Of a DNA stretch of 64,000 nucleotides, positions 38,023-63,656 are shown one piece after another. The stretch's first letter is position 1. Every line of letters begins with the position of its first letter. A program made the translations under genes and the position numbers. This DNA comes from the human T2T-CHM13v2.0 reference genome, Homo sapiens. The notes below the pieces were generated by a model. The model was not told the origin of the DNA. It ran no database searches and saw only the letters and a list, made by a program, of their open reading frames with translations. The DNA is taken from NCBI RefSeq assembly GCF_009914755.1, contig NC_060931.1; one strand, 5' to 3'.

Positions 38023-40691
38023 AGGACCATTTTTTTTAAGTCCAAAATTTAGCCAAAAATTTTCACTTAAAAACTAATCACTGAGCTTTGGAGCCCATGG
38101 TGTGCAAGACAGGAGGTTGGGGTGGATGCGGCTAGAAATCCACTCTCAACATGCTTGTCATCTAATGTCCACGTGGTGGCATGACATCCAGGTATGATGC
38201 CCCAGGCCAGGACTGATGCCCACCCCTGTCCCCACCTTGGGACCTTGAGTGACCTAATATAAAACACCAACCTCACCACCATCTTTACAAGTTGTTATAA
38301 GCAAAATTCATCAGAATAGAAACTCCCCCGTCCCAAAGAGACACTGCTTCCAAGAAGCCTTTCAGCTCACCAGTCCTTGACCTGCTTGTGACCAGAGCAA
38401 GACCTATTCCTTTCCCAGCTTTTGGGAAAGACTCAGTCACTTCAGCCCACCCACCTAGCCCAGGTTGCTGACCTCATGGGTGAGGGTGGAGACCTACCTG
38501 GAGAGGGACCTTTCACCTATTTCCCTGTTGCACCTATAGGTCCCTAAAGGGTGAAGGAAGGCACCTGCATATGGCAGTCAGGCTGTCACACAAAGACTCC
38601 TCTCGGGCCCTGGGGGAACTGGACTGGGCTCTACCATCCTAAAGGAGTTTACAATTCTGTCTAGTGTCAGGGGTACCTGGCATTCCTCCTCAGGGAGCCC
38701 TGGGCCGCACCAACAGAAGGCACAGGTCATGATGTGGTCACCTTCAGGAGGCGGGAGTGGTTGCCTCCCTGAGTTCTGGGACCATCCCTTTTGGAGGCCC
38801 CTCCACTTGGAGAACAATCTACGAGACCGCAGAGGCACCCACAGACCCTCCAGCTAGGACCTGAGGGTGGCTTCTGAGATGACCGGGAGACTGTTCCTGG
38901 CTATGGGACGGGGCATACTTGATAGCCCCAAATCACAATCCCTGGCAAAGGAGCCCACCCGCCCCAGCTCACGCCCCCGCCCCACAAGCAGGGATTCTGG
39001 TTCCTATGTCCACCCAGCCTCTCCCTGCCTCAATGTCTCAGTTGCAGGGTAAAGGTGAGGACAGATCCCTCCTTCCCGTTGTGGGTGGCCCAGGGCGGTT
39101 TCCGGCTGAGTCAGCCCCATGGGGAGAGCACTGCTCTGGCCAGTGGTAGAACTGGCCCGCTCACTTCCTCCCCGAGCTGGGAGGTCTGGCTACCCTGGAG
39201 GCTGCCCTGAACTGCTGCTCAACCCCTGCAGGTCAGGGCACCTGCTGAGATCTCCCCCTCCTCCTGGGACAAACAGTGTTATCCCAGCATTTGCATTACT
39301 TCCCTGGCTCCGGGCTTTGCTAGTAAAGCAATTACTTACTGCTAAGAGGAAAGACTTTTCCCCATGAGGGCTCCCTTCCACTCTCAAGAGGCAGGGGGCA
39401 AGGGTATAAACACACACAGGAGGCGTAACAATGAGAGGGAGTGTGAGAAATAGTTAAAAGCACAGATTCTAGCATCCTAACTTGGACTTGTCCTGATTCT
39501 GCCATTTTTGGGGGCTCTGTTATTCTAGGTGAGTTCTTTTTCTCAGAGGCCAGTTTCCTCATTTGTAAAATGGCTAACAATTATGATGGCACTTTTTTTA
39601 GGATTACTATGAAAATTAAATGAGACAAAACATGGTACATTCTTAGATGGTGCCTGGCACAGAACAGGAGCTCAGTACACGGCTTTAAAATGTGCCTTTC
39701 AGGATAACACTTAATCCTGATGGGTGGAGATTTCACACAAAGTGGAAGGTATGTTTGGGTAGGCAGGTTTTGTATTGCTGCCCACACTATATTGAATAGA
39801 CTACAGCGTGCTTCCTGCCACCATTTCTGTTTCTTTTCTGGATAAAACAGTCCTAATTAGAGACAAGCTGGGAACTAGGATGCAAATAGCATTTCCTAAA
39901 ACTCCTAAACATGCCTCAATCAATCCCCATCTCTGTCCACACACAGGAGGTTGCATCTTGGTCCCCTGGAGCCACAGGCCAGGAGCCAACCTGGATGTCT
40001 CTTTGTTCCCTTTATATAATAAAAATCAGAGTCTATTGATCTTTTCTAATCATAGACTATAGATTCTTTCCTTCCTCTTTGTCTTTGTTGCCCTTGCCCA
40101 AACTACAGTCAAATTCTGGAGGCACCAAAAATCTCAGTGGAGGCAGAAAAGATGAATAAGAGCTCAACAGACAAAGAAAGGGTCATTTCAAGTTTTGAGA
40201 ACAGTACAAGCAAGGCTCAGAGGCTTCCCATGACATGGTGCTCCGTAGAACAAAATGTAGCTCTGTGTATAGGAACACAGGCCCAAGCAGAACCATATGG
40301 CATGATAGCTGGGCACACAAACACGCGGCTACACTGCCTAGGTTTGAATTCCAGCTCCATCACTTATTAGCAAGTTACTTAAATTCTGTGTGTCTCGATC
40401 CCTCATCTGCAAAATAGGATCATAATAGTCCCCACCTCTAAGGGTTGTTGGGAGGATTAAATGCTCTGATAGATGGAGAGAACTTAGTATAGTGCTGGGG
40501 CATAGTAAGTACCCCATAGATATTACTGTTCCCAATTCATATGTAAGTGTTGGGGCAGCCCATCCTTCACCATTCAACTCCAAGTCCACTTTGCACAGGA
40601 AGCTTTCTTCAATTAATCTGAAATGGCTGTCACACATCACCCCAATGTATTCACGCACTCTCATTTGTATCAATGTTTTGTTTTGGCTTTT

Positions 40692-40692
<1 letters not shown>

Positions 40693-40732
<40 letters not shown>
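40693..40732. repeat. (TG)~20 microsatellite at the tail end of an AluJ-like element (40733-41005, minus)
   Basis: Direct reading. Confidence 0.93.
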
Positions 40733-40733
<1 letters not shown>

Positions 40734-41156
40734 TCAGGGTCTCACTCCTGTCACCCAGGCTGAAGGACAGTGGCGCAATCATGGCTCACTGCAGCCTGGA
40801 CTTCCTGGAGTCAGGTGATTTTCCCACCTCAGCCTCCTGAGTAGCTGGCACTATAGGCGCACACCACCATGCCTGGCTAATTTTTGTATTTTTTTTTTGT
40901 AGAGACAGGGTTTCGCCTTTGCCATGTTGCCCAGGCTGGTCTCAAACTCCTAGGCTCAAGCAATCTGCCCACCTCGGCCTCCCAAAGTGCTGGAATTACA
41001 GGCGTAATATTAATGTTTTTACAAATTTATTCTCCAACTCTGGGTTGGGGATTGTCACATCAACAGAGAGGGAAGCTTACTGCAGAAAATTAGGGAGTTG
41101 TTTTGTGACACAATGACTCAGTTATGCATTCAACTTTCGGTCAGCAAATATTTATT

Positions 41157-41557
41157 TATTTATTTTTTAAAACTAGAACATTTGTCACATGACTAGTCAC
41201 TGAAATTCTTAAGATGAACTGGATGCTGCAACGGCTACCCTCTTGGGTTTAGGTGTGTTCCTTTTCGGAATCTGTGCCTCAGTCTGTGGCAAACAATTTT
41301 TAGGTGTCTCATTCAACAAGTTCTGGTGGTATTTCGCCATTTAGCCTTGGCACCCAGTTATATTTCCTCTTGTGTTTGGCAGGGTAGCCACATTTGCCAC
41401 AGGTCGTCTTCTGGAGGTGGTGGGCCTTAGAGCCACAGTGGTGGCACAATGTGTGTGTCTTACTGTGATGCTTTCCAAACGATGAGATTCCCTTCATCAT
41501 CTCACTTCTGCAGCTGAGACCAAACAGACTGGAAGATAAGGCACTTCCACTACATCT
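41157..41557 (-). pseudogene. Processed pseudogene of ribosomal protein L37 (decayed CDS ~41209-41500)
   Basis: [49 protein letters not shown] matches the RPL37 zinc finger, then frameshifts. Intronless, A-rich tail, 18-bp TSD ggtcagcaaatatttatt at 41139-41156 and 41558-41575. Confidence 0.96.
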
Positions 41558-41754
41558 GGTCAGCAAATATTTATTGAACACTTACTATGCGTCAGACACC
41601 ATGTTCCTCATGGCTTCCCCTAAAGCTCCATGTAGGAAAATTAAGCATGAGGGTAACTGATTGAAGGGTCTCAGAAAAACAAACCTTTGTGGCTAACATC
41701 CCTCCTCCTGGCCACCTGCAAGATTTAGCACTGATTACCCATCTTCAAACCCCT

Positions 41755-42112
41755 TGTATTAATCTGTTCTCACACCACTATAAAGAACAGCTGGAGACTG
41801 GGTAATTTATAAAGAGGTTTAATTGACTCACAGTTCCTCATGGCTGTGGAGGCCTCAGGAAACTTACAATCATGGTGGAAGGGGAAGCAAACACATCCTT
41901 CTTCACCTGGTGGCAGCAAGAAGTGTGGGAGAAGCCCCTAAGAAAACCATCAGTTCTCATGAGAACTCACTCACTGTTTTGAGAACAGCAGCATGGGGGT
42001 AACTGCCCCATGATTCAATTACCTCCCACCAGGTCCCTCTGAGGACACATGGGGATTATGGGAACTACAATTCAAGATGAGATTTGGGTGGGGACACAGC
42101 CAACCCATATAA
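41755..42112 (-). mobile_element. THE1/MST-type MaLR solo LTR
   Basis: tgtattaatctgttctcac...gagatttgggtggggacacagcc; flanks cccct / tccct. Confidence 0.88.
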
Positions 42113-42141
42113 TCCCTCTTAAAAATAATGCATTCTATCTA

Positions 42142-42620
42142 GGCTGCTGTAGCGGTTCACACCTGTAATCCCAGTGCTTTGGGAGGCTGAGGTGGAAGGA
42201 ACACTTGAGGCTAGGAGTTTGAGACCAGCCTGTGCAACCAAGCAAGACCCTGTCTCTACAAACAAAAAAATTTAATTAGCTGGGCACAGTGGTACGTACC
42301 TGTAGTTCCAGCTACTGGGAGTGGGGCAGGGTGCTGACTCAGGAGGATCACTTGAGCCCAGGAGGTTGAAGGTGCAAGCTATGATTGCACCACTGCACTC
42401 CAGCCTGGGCAACAGAGAGATACCCTGTCTCTAAAAGTAAGTAAGTAAATACATAAAATAAATAAATAAAGCTGGGTGTGGTGACTCACACATTTAATCC
42501 CAACACTTTGGGAGGCCAAGGCAAGAGGATCACTTGAACTTGGAAGTTCAAGACCAGACTGGGTAACACTGAGACCCTGTCTCTATAAATAAAAAAATAA
42601 AAAAATTAAAATTAAAAAAT
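42142..42620 (+). mobile_element. AluJ-like element plus Alu monomer
   Basis: Diverged Alu consensus. Confidence 0.85.
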
Positions 42621-42726
42621 ACAACTAGTGCATTCTGATTGGGTCAAGGTTCTAATTTACCCAGAGAGGTCATACATCAATTATCTAATAGCATAGGAAT
42701 TCCATTATCTGATTAACTCATCTTCT

Positions 42727-42767
42727 GTCTACAGCCATACCACCCTGAATGCCTGATCTTGTCTGAT
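42727..42767 (+). pseudogene. 5S rRNA 5' fragment (nt ~1-43), tailless retropseudogene
   Basis: GTCTACAGCCATACCACCCTGAATGCCTGATCTTGTCTGAT versus 5S GTCTACGGCCATACCACCCTGAACGCGCCCGATCTCGTCTGAT; flanking direct repeat. Confidence 0.92.
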
Positions 42768-43319
42768 TAACTCATCTTCTGGAGCACATGGATCCATAAT
42801 GGGCTCCAGTGGGGCTGAGAACACTAGAAATTATCTGCGTTTGTATCTGTACTATTTCCCCCTGGATTCAATTTCAGGCAGTATAGGAACTAGATAATCA
42901 GACAGTATTCCCACCTAAAGCATGACAAACATTCCTTTAAATGCATAGCAGAGCTTGAGGGTGGAGGAGGAAGGGAAAGCTACAGGGACAACAAACAAAC
43001 AAAGCAAAGAAATGAGAACCCTGAAGCTGTGGCTGGATTTGGGTGGGCGGGGACGGGGAGGGGGCTGTTCAGTAATGTTAATAACCAAAGCCTGGCATAA
43101 AGCTGGGGCCCATCAACAAAAGGGGGAGAAAGGGAAAATGTATCTGCTTCAGCCATAATTCTGGACCTGAAAAAACATTTCCACTGAGAATTTGCAATCC
43201 TGGGCTTCAGGCGTATTTGCAAACAGAATGCATACTGTGCCTGGTATGGGCAAACACAAGATCAAACATGAACAAACATTAGCGGTGGATTGTTAGTTCC
43301 TTGAAGAAGCTTTGCGCAA

Positions 43320-46090
<2,771 letters not shown>

Positions 46091-46121
46091 ACTCTTCCTT
46101 TGTACGGAATCTAAAAAGTAT

Positions 46122-51081
<4,960 letters not shown>

Positions 51082-51229
51082 TCAGGAACTTGGGAAATTG
51101 AACAGAAAAGCATGAAATCTTCAATAGAAAAATGATAATGCTAAATAAATGCAGAATGAATAAATGAAAGAATAAGTGGGAGCTAATAGAGAGATACCTT
51201 TCCTGAAATTTAACATGTTAATTTTTTTT

Positions 51230-51290
51230 AGGGGTTTTCCAGTAAAGACCCAAAGGCCTGCTAGACAAATTCTCAAAGCGCTGTAACACT
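51230..51290 (-). pseudogene. U7 snRNA retropseudogene
   Basis: Minus strand AGTGTTACAGCGCTTTGAGAATTTGTCTAGCAGGCCTTTGGGTCTTTACTGGAAAACCCCT matches U7, with the Sm site AATTTGTCTAG intact, a short A tail and a TSD. Confidence 0.93.
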
Positions 51291-52811
51291 AACACATTAA
51301 TTTTGCCAGACTACATCGGGGATCATATGAAGACAAGGGGACCTCAGGTATGTGAAGGGGGACTTAGAAAATGCAAAGAGCTCAGCTGCAGAGCTGGCTT
51401 AAGCCTTTTTCAGATGAACAGGAGGACAGGAAAGGAATTGCTGCATGGCCTGGCAGAACGATCAGATGTCCCAAGTTAGGGAAAGTAGACAGAAAAATCA
51501 GGAAGTATACACTGGTGAGCTCCCTGCTTTGGAAGCAGTAATGTGGCTTTGCTGGGAAGCTACCCTTTGAGGAGGAAATCCAACTCTACAGGTAGACAGC
51601 AGTCTCCCAACAGCAGAGCTGGGGAGATAGCTGGAGGAGGAGGAGAAGGGAAAGGGCCTACCCAGAGTAAGGCCAGCTCTGTTCCTCCCTGATGGGTGGG
51701 TCACAGTGGCCCAGCCTCCGGGACAGGGTTAGGGGAAACCTGGGCTCTGATGACAGCGGCAACTTCTCAGTCCTGTCTGGCACATAAAAATAGCTTTTCC
51801 AGGTGATGTGACTCTGGGGCTTAGCCAACTGCAGGCCTGGTTACTGTGCTTGGTTACCGGCCTTTGCCCTGTCTCCAGATCTTGGAATGACTTTGGCTTT
51901 ACACACTTCCCCCTAGGGGCCTCATAAGTGAAGCCTCATCCTCAGGAGACAAGGGTGACTTTTCACAGTGTGCCCCCTTTGTGGGAAGGGTATGCTGACC
52001 TTTAGGAGTGCAGGAAGGGCACTTCCCTCCTTTCTTGGCTTGGGAAGCGTAGGAGAGCTCAGCCAGCCTATATCTACTGTTTCCTGGGTAATTCACTAAG
52101 CCAACCAAAGAACCTGAACTTCCTGCAGTAATGAGGCCAACACACAGTCTCAGGTACACAAAACCAACAAGAGTCACATGCCTCTTGACTCAGAGACCTA
52201 CCCCAGGAGGCTGTGAAAGCGGCACAACCAGGCCCAGGCCCTTGGGGTACCAGGAGTCACATGAACAATGAGAACATCAACAGGCCTGAGGCCACCGACA
52301 GGTGCAAAGTTTCCTAGGGTACACACATTTGCCCTAATATACACACACCTGTCCTGATTTACATACTCAGAGCCCCGTGGGCAGTACACATCCCATGATG
52401 CACTGAGCTCCTTATTTTGGGTAAAATCCCCTTTTAGAGCTAGTACCCAGGCTGCTCATTTTCCTTGCTATCAAAGGAGATTCTCCACATCCCTCTATTC
52501 CTCCTTCTCCCTGATTTCTCCCTGTTGTGCAGATAGAGAAGTGGCAAGGGACAATGGTGATTTTATTCCAGAAGGCTGAGGAACCAAGGCTGCAAAAGAC
52601 TCTATAAAAGCACTTAGTTATAGAATCTAATCGGCTAGAAGGAATGCTTAGAGCCATTATCGAGCTCAGTCAGTTTGTTTTCACGACAAGGAGCCTGAGG
52701 CTAGAGAAGCAAAGAAGTTTACCCAGTGCCCCAGGCTGGGCAGTGGCTGAGGCTGAATTTGATGATACAGGTGGGATGGGCAGGTTCAGTCTAGCTAGAG
52801 AATTTAGTTAG

Positions 52812-55469
<2,658 letters not shown>

Positions 55470-57036
55470 TTAACATATATTTTGCAGACCTTTGATTAAA
55501 TGTTTATGAATTTTAGTTCTGTCATTTAAAATTTTTTGAAGCCAATATATTTTGTTTTCTATATCTCAAATATGTTTGAGAGTCCCTGAAAAGTCTATAG
55601 GCCCCAGGAACTGTGCTTATTGTGACTAATGAATAAGAGGACCCTGCCCAGTGAAAAATGTTACTATTTAAGAGTAGATACACTGTCAGTCTCTCTCTCT
55701 CTCTCTCTCTCTCTATGCATTTATCATGGATAACTTAGAGAGCCCATATAGTTTTGAATACTGTTTTTCTCCTATTCTACACTGTTCATCCAGTATTTCG
55801 CAGACAGAGCTTGAGAGCAGAGGCCTGCTGTGTCAGTGGGAGTCCCCCACCCACACCACAGCTTCTCAGTGCAGGTTCTAGGACCACACACCTCTTAGGT
55901 AGAAAGGCTCTGAGAGAGACAGCTTGTCTCCCTCAGACCTGAGCTTCACAGATGAGGAAACTGAGGCCTGAAGAAGTGGCTGGCCCCAGGTGAGTGGTTA
56001 GTTAGTACCACAACCAGACTCAGAATTTAGGTTGCTGGCTCAGGTGGGAGGTGAAGAAGCCACTGCTTGCCTTGGGTGCCCTCTGCCCAACTTCCAGGGC
56101 CAACTCTCTGTGGGCACCTTCCTCTGGTGCCATACTGCCAGGCCCTCCCACTCCACTCCCGCCTCCCACTAGCTGCTCCAAGCTTTTGACCCAATTTCCC
56201 CATCCAAACTCCTGTGTTTGTTTTCCCTTCATTGTCACAATGTTGCTCAAGCTGTAAATTTACAAAATGTTAGTAAATTTTAATTTTTTTCTCTGATCGT
56301 AAAAGTAACAGATGCACATGGGAGAAAATAGGAGGAAAAAAGGAGTTCATTATATCACCCAGAGATGATCACTGTAAAAATGCTGTGCAACAAACATCAA
56401 TAAATAGAATTAGAAATTGATCAGCTGCTCTGTCATAATTATTATTAATTTTTTTAGAGACGGGGTCTTGTCATGTTGCCTAGGCTGGTCTTGAACTCTT
56501 GGGCTCAAGCAATGCTCCCACATCAGCTTCCCAAAGTGCTGATATTACAGGCGTCAGCCACCATGCTTGGTGTGTTTCCTTTCAGTTATAAAATATCTCA
56601 GATACATAAACATGATTCGTTCATTCGACAAATATTTGTTGAGCATATACCACATGGAAGGCACTATTCTGGGTTTAGGAACATAATAATTGACACAGTA
56701 GTCCGAGTCCTTGTTCTCAAGGAGCTACATTCTAGCGGAGGAAGATAGATAATCAACAAATAAATATAAAACAGGTTTGTTGGTGTTGAGTACTATGAAG
56801 AAAAAATAAAACAGGGTAAAGGAGAAGAGTAGGTGGTGAGTGTTACTGTACATGAAATGATTGGGAAAGCCTCCCTGAGAAATGACATTTGATCAGGGTC
56901 CAGAAGGAAGTGACACAGTGAGCCAAATATTGAGTGAACATGTTTCAGACACTGAGGACATAATAGTGAATAAAAGTGACATTCCACTCTGGGCCACCGG
57001 CCCTCCTCTTCATTGTAGACACCTTGTACTATTTTA

Positions 57037-59290
<2,254 letters not shown>

Positions 59291-60362
59291 ATTCTATTTT
59301 TTATGTTCATTTTAACATAAATGTAGCATACTGCTCACATACTATAAACCCTTTTCATTTAACAATATATTGTGGAGATCTTGTCGATATATACAGAACT
59401 TACTCTCTTTTTTCTGGCTTTATGGTAATTCACTGTCTGAATGCACCATCTTTTATTTAACCAGTTCTCTACTGATGGGCTGTTTTTTCCAGTCTTTCAT
59501 TATCACAAACAGTGCTGCAACAGTGCTACCTTTAAACACTCCATTCTCTACATGTGGAAGGATAAATCCTAAAAGTGGAATTCTGGGCTAAAGGGCATGT
59601 GTATGCTTTTATTTTTATAGACATTGCCAAATGGTAGTCAGTGGTCTTTTTTAACACCTCAATGGTCTTGAGGTGTTTAAAAAACAAGTGGGGGTCAGGG
59701 TAACAATTACTGACAAATTGATTTCCATACTGAATGTACCAGTTTATACTTACCAGAAATGTAAGTACATGTTATTTAAATGAACACTTGATGATAAGAT
59801 CAAATTTGTGAAAATACTTGTGTTCTTAGTATGGTACTCTTGTGTGGGTTGACTTCAGAATCACTTCTTTTTAGGGGCTTTGGGGGAAGGGCAGCTTATA
59901 AAAAGCTTTCCTTGGTTGCAGCTCCAAGGAGGAGGTAGCACCTGAAAACGGCTTCTCTTGGCGCCCTTATCTACATTTCCTTGATGAAACAATGGGTACT
60001 CACTGAAGATGCTGGGTAAAATATTCATTCATTTATTCCTTCAGTCAACAAATATTTATCAAAAGCCTACTATTTGGTGCTAGCTGCTGGAGATGGAATG
60101 GAAACAAAATCAGACCAAACACTCCTTTCACTGACATTTTTAGGCTTTTGAAAGGACACAGACATTAATACAACTAAGGGTAAAGTAACACACTGGGAAA
60201 GAAATGCCTATCATGCCACTGGAGCCCGGAACAGGGTCCGAGGGTCAGCAAGGGTGACCAGAGGAAATATGTTTGAATTGAGATATGAAAGATGAGTAAA
60301 AGACTAGGTGAAGAAAGTCTCTTCTTCCTCTGGAAGAAAAAGCATAGTTAACAAATAAAGAA

Positions 60363-60843
60363 GGCTGGGTATGGTGGCTCACACCTGTAATCCCAGCACT
60401 TTGTGAGGCTGAGGCACGTGGATCACTTGAGGTCAGGAGTTTGAGACCAGTCAGGGCAGCATAGAGAGACCCCATCTCTACAAAAAAAAAAGAAAGAAAA
60501 GCAAGAAAAGAAAGGAAAGAAAGGGAAGAAAGGGAGAAAGAAAGAAAAAGAAAGAAAGAAAGAAAGAGAAAGAAAGAAAGAAAGAAAAAGAAAGAAAGAA
60601 AGAAAGGAAAGAAAAGGAAAAGAAAAGAAAAGAATTAGCTGGTGTGGTGGTGGCAAAGAAAGAAAAAAGAAAGAATTAGCTGGGTGTGGTGGTGTGTAAC
60701 TGTAGTCCCAGCTACTTAGGAGGCTGAGGTGGTAGGATAGCTTGAGCCCAGAAAGTCAAGGCTGCAGTGAGCAGTGATCGTGCCACTGTACTCCAGCCTG
60801 GAAAACAAAGTGAGACCCTTTCTCAACAACAACAACAAATAAA
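60363..60843 (+). mobile_element. AluJ-like element with an expanded purine-rich linker (60482-60633)
   Basis: Left arm, (GAAA/GGAAA/GAAAA)n, duplicated right-arm start, right arm. Confidence 0.88.
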
Positions 60844-60965
60844 GAAGAGAGGCAATAATACCTACCTCATAGCATCGTTAGAAAAATTAAATAATACATG
60901 TAATGCATTTAGCAAAATGTTCAGCACGTATCAGTTACTTGAAGAATGCTTATTTTGTTTCCACT

Positions 60966-61271
<306 letters not shown>

Positions 61272-62374
61272 CTTTTTTTTTTTTTTTTTTTAAATAACCA
61301 TAGTGAATGTTAAAATCCCAGTTCCCCAAGCAAAACATTACCACCCTACTTATGTACTTACTTCTAAACTCTACCCCACACTGCCTTGGGTTGTTAGTTA
61401 TCTTATCTTATTCAGGTCTTGTTTACTCAACCAGGTGACAAGCTTATTTAGAACAAGAATCTGGCTTTATACTTTTTAGCAAAATAATAGCTACTATTTG
61501 TTGAGCATATATGACATACTCTTTATGGGCATTATTTCCAACCCTCACAACAACCCTGTTTTACAGATTATTTTCCTCATTTTACAGATAAGGAAACTAA
61601 AGTTCAAAGGGGTCAGTTAGCCTGGCCAAGGTGTTGAAGGCAGGACTAAATCCTGATGCAGGTAGCTACATTTGTAGCTGACAGAATGGTAAAGCATAGA
61701 GCTGCCCTCACCCAAACCCTTCTTATTTCCAACTGGCATGACCTTTAGACAATGGCAGGGAATATGGGGAGAAAGAATTGTTGGAGAGGTGCCCATCCCT
61801 TCTTCCAGCTGTGTGAAGTATAAATTTAGAACTCAAACTAAGTAGAACTCAAATGGTCATTGTAGAATTCCTGCATTCATTCAGCAAGCCTAGGCTGCTA
61901 ATGAGCAAAACCCCTCACTGGGAGTTTTGTAGTTGATGATACAGATAATGTTAAGATTCATAGAATGTTTTTTATGTGCCAGGCATTGTTCTAAGCGCTT
62001 TATATGGATTAATTCATTTAATATCAGGTTAAGACTGTTATGATCTCACAGAACAGCTGAGGAAACAGAACTACAAGAAGGTTAAAGGGTTCGCCCAAGG
62101 CCTTCACCTGGCAAAGTAGTGGCGTTTGGATCTGGCAGTGATTTCGCAGCTTGAGACCTATTTAATAACAGTGTGAGAGAAGGGTCACACAGTCAAGCAA
62201 AAAAACAGACGAAACTCTGGTATAGCGAAGGACCAAAAGTTCTGCGGGCTGAGCAGGAAAGTTGGCTCCAAATGTCTGCCTGCCTGCCAGCAGACCTCCA
62301 GCCCCAACCTTCTGCTTTCCCGGCTTCCCCACCCCCTCATTCCCGACAGACCACAGCCAGCCAGCCAGGAAAGG

Positions 62375-62387
62375 AGGGGAAAGGTCG
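62375..62387 (+). promoter_or_regulatory. DR1 / PPAR response element candidate upstream of HILPDA
   Basis: AGGGGA-A-AGGTCG with an A-rich 5' flank, ~1.3 kb upstream of the TSS, in a small CpG-enriched patch; HILPDA is a known PPAR target. Confidence 0.55.
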
Positions 62388-62768
62388 CAGTGGGGATGGC
62401 TCCTCCCTTCCCGTCTTAGAGCCCTTCTTAAGCAGAGCCCGCCGAGCTCGCTGAGATGTGGAAAGTCACAGGGTTCTTTCCCATCCGGCACGGGCACTTG
62501 ACCCGGGTACACGGAACCGCCAGTTCTAAAGCCACCAGCGGCCTTCCCTTCCACGGCGTGTACACCCCTTCCCGGGGGTCCTCCCCATTCCCAGTGTCTC
62601 TCCGGGACTCTACTTTCTGAGATCCCCCGTTGCGTGCTCTCAAGACAGACCGCACAGTCTTGGCTGGGTGGGTGGGGGGTGATTAGTAAGGCAGCCTAGC
62701 CCCCAAATCTGGACATAAGGCTGGTCTGTGACCTCCTGGCTCTTTAGTTCAAGCCGAAAGCACCCTTA

Positions 62769-62928
<160 letters not shown>

Positions 62929-63439
62929 GAAATCATCTAGTGGCCAATGTCTTCATTACAGATGAGAAAACCGAGGCCCATTTAAATACCAAGTGACTTG
63001 CCCATATGCAGTTAGGATCCCACACCAGGGCCAGGAGTATTTCACGTTTTCTGAAGCGACACGACAAACTCTCATAGAAAGCAGAGCTTGCAGAGCTTAA
63101 TATGTTGCACAAGGGCCTCACCATTCCAGAGATACCGATGGCAACTGAAACTCGGGATTTGGAATCTTGGTACAGCTATGAAGTGAAACAAAACCAGCTC
63201 TTCAGTCCTTGAAATGAAGAAAATAACGAGTGGGGTAGGGGTCTGGTGCCCTCTGACAATTTAGTGCACCCGAAATCTCTGGGGAAGAACCCACCCTTCA
63301 CGGCGGGGCTTCACGGACACGAAGGCCATCGGTGTTTTTCACCTACTGGGGAGAAGGGATATGTGCTCTCTGACTCCTTCAAATGTTTTCTACAGCAGAG
63401 ATGGCAGTCGAGATTAATACACACGCCTCGTCTCACTCC

Positions 63440-63656
63440 AGAACACAATGACTCAAAACCGCACGACGTGTACTTTTGGAAACAGCTCCGCGGGAGAGCA
63501 CCCGGGACAATCCCCAAACCCCGTTGCCCGCGGGGTGGGGCCGCGGACGTGCGCCACGTCGTGTGCGTCCCGGGCGTGCGTGCGGCCTCCAGTGCGCGTG
63601 CGCGTGCCCTCCTGGGGCGTGCTCGCGGCTATAAGGGGCGGAGGCTGGGCGGCGTT
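63440..63656 (+). promoter_or_regulatory. HILPDA: HILPDA (HIG2) promoter: AP-1 site, cluster of RCGTG hypoxia elements, NRF1-like site, TATA-like box
   Basis: TGACTCA 63449-63455; ACGTG 63466, 63547; CACGT 63555; GCGTG x5; TATAAG 63630-63635. Gene identity comes from known adjacency to IMPDH1. Confidence 0.82.

Noticed and set aside
38504-38555. Pseudoknot-like pairing AGGGACCT/AGGTCCCT plus TTCACC/GGTGAA
   Set aside because: Atypical loop geometry, no evidence of transcription, chance-level stems
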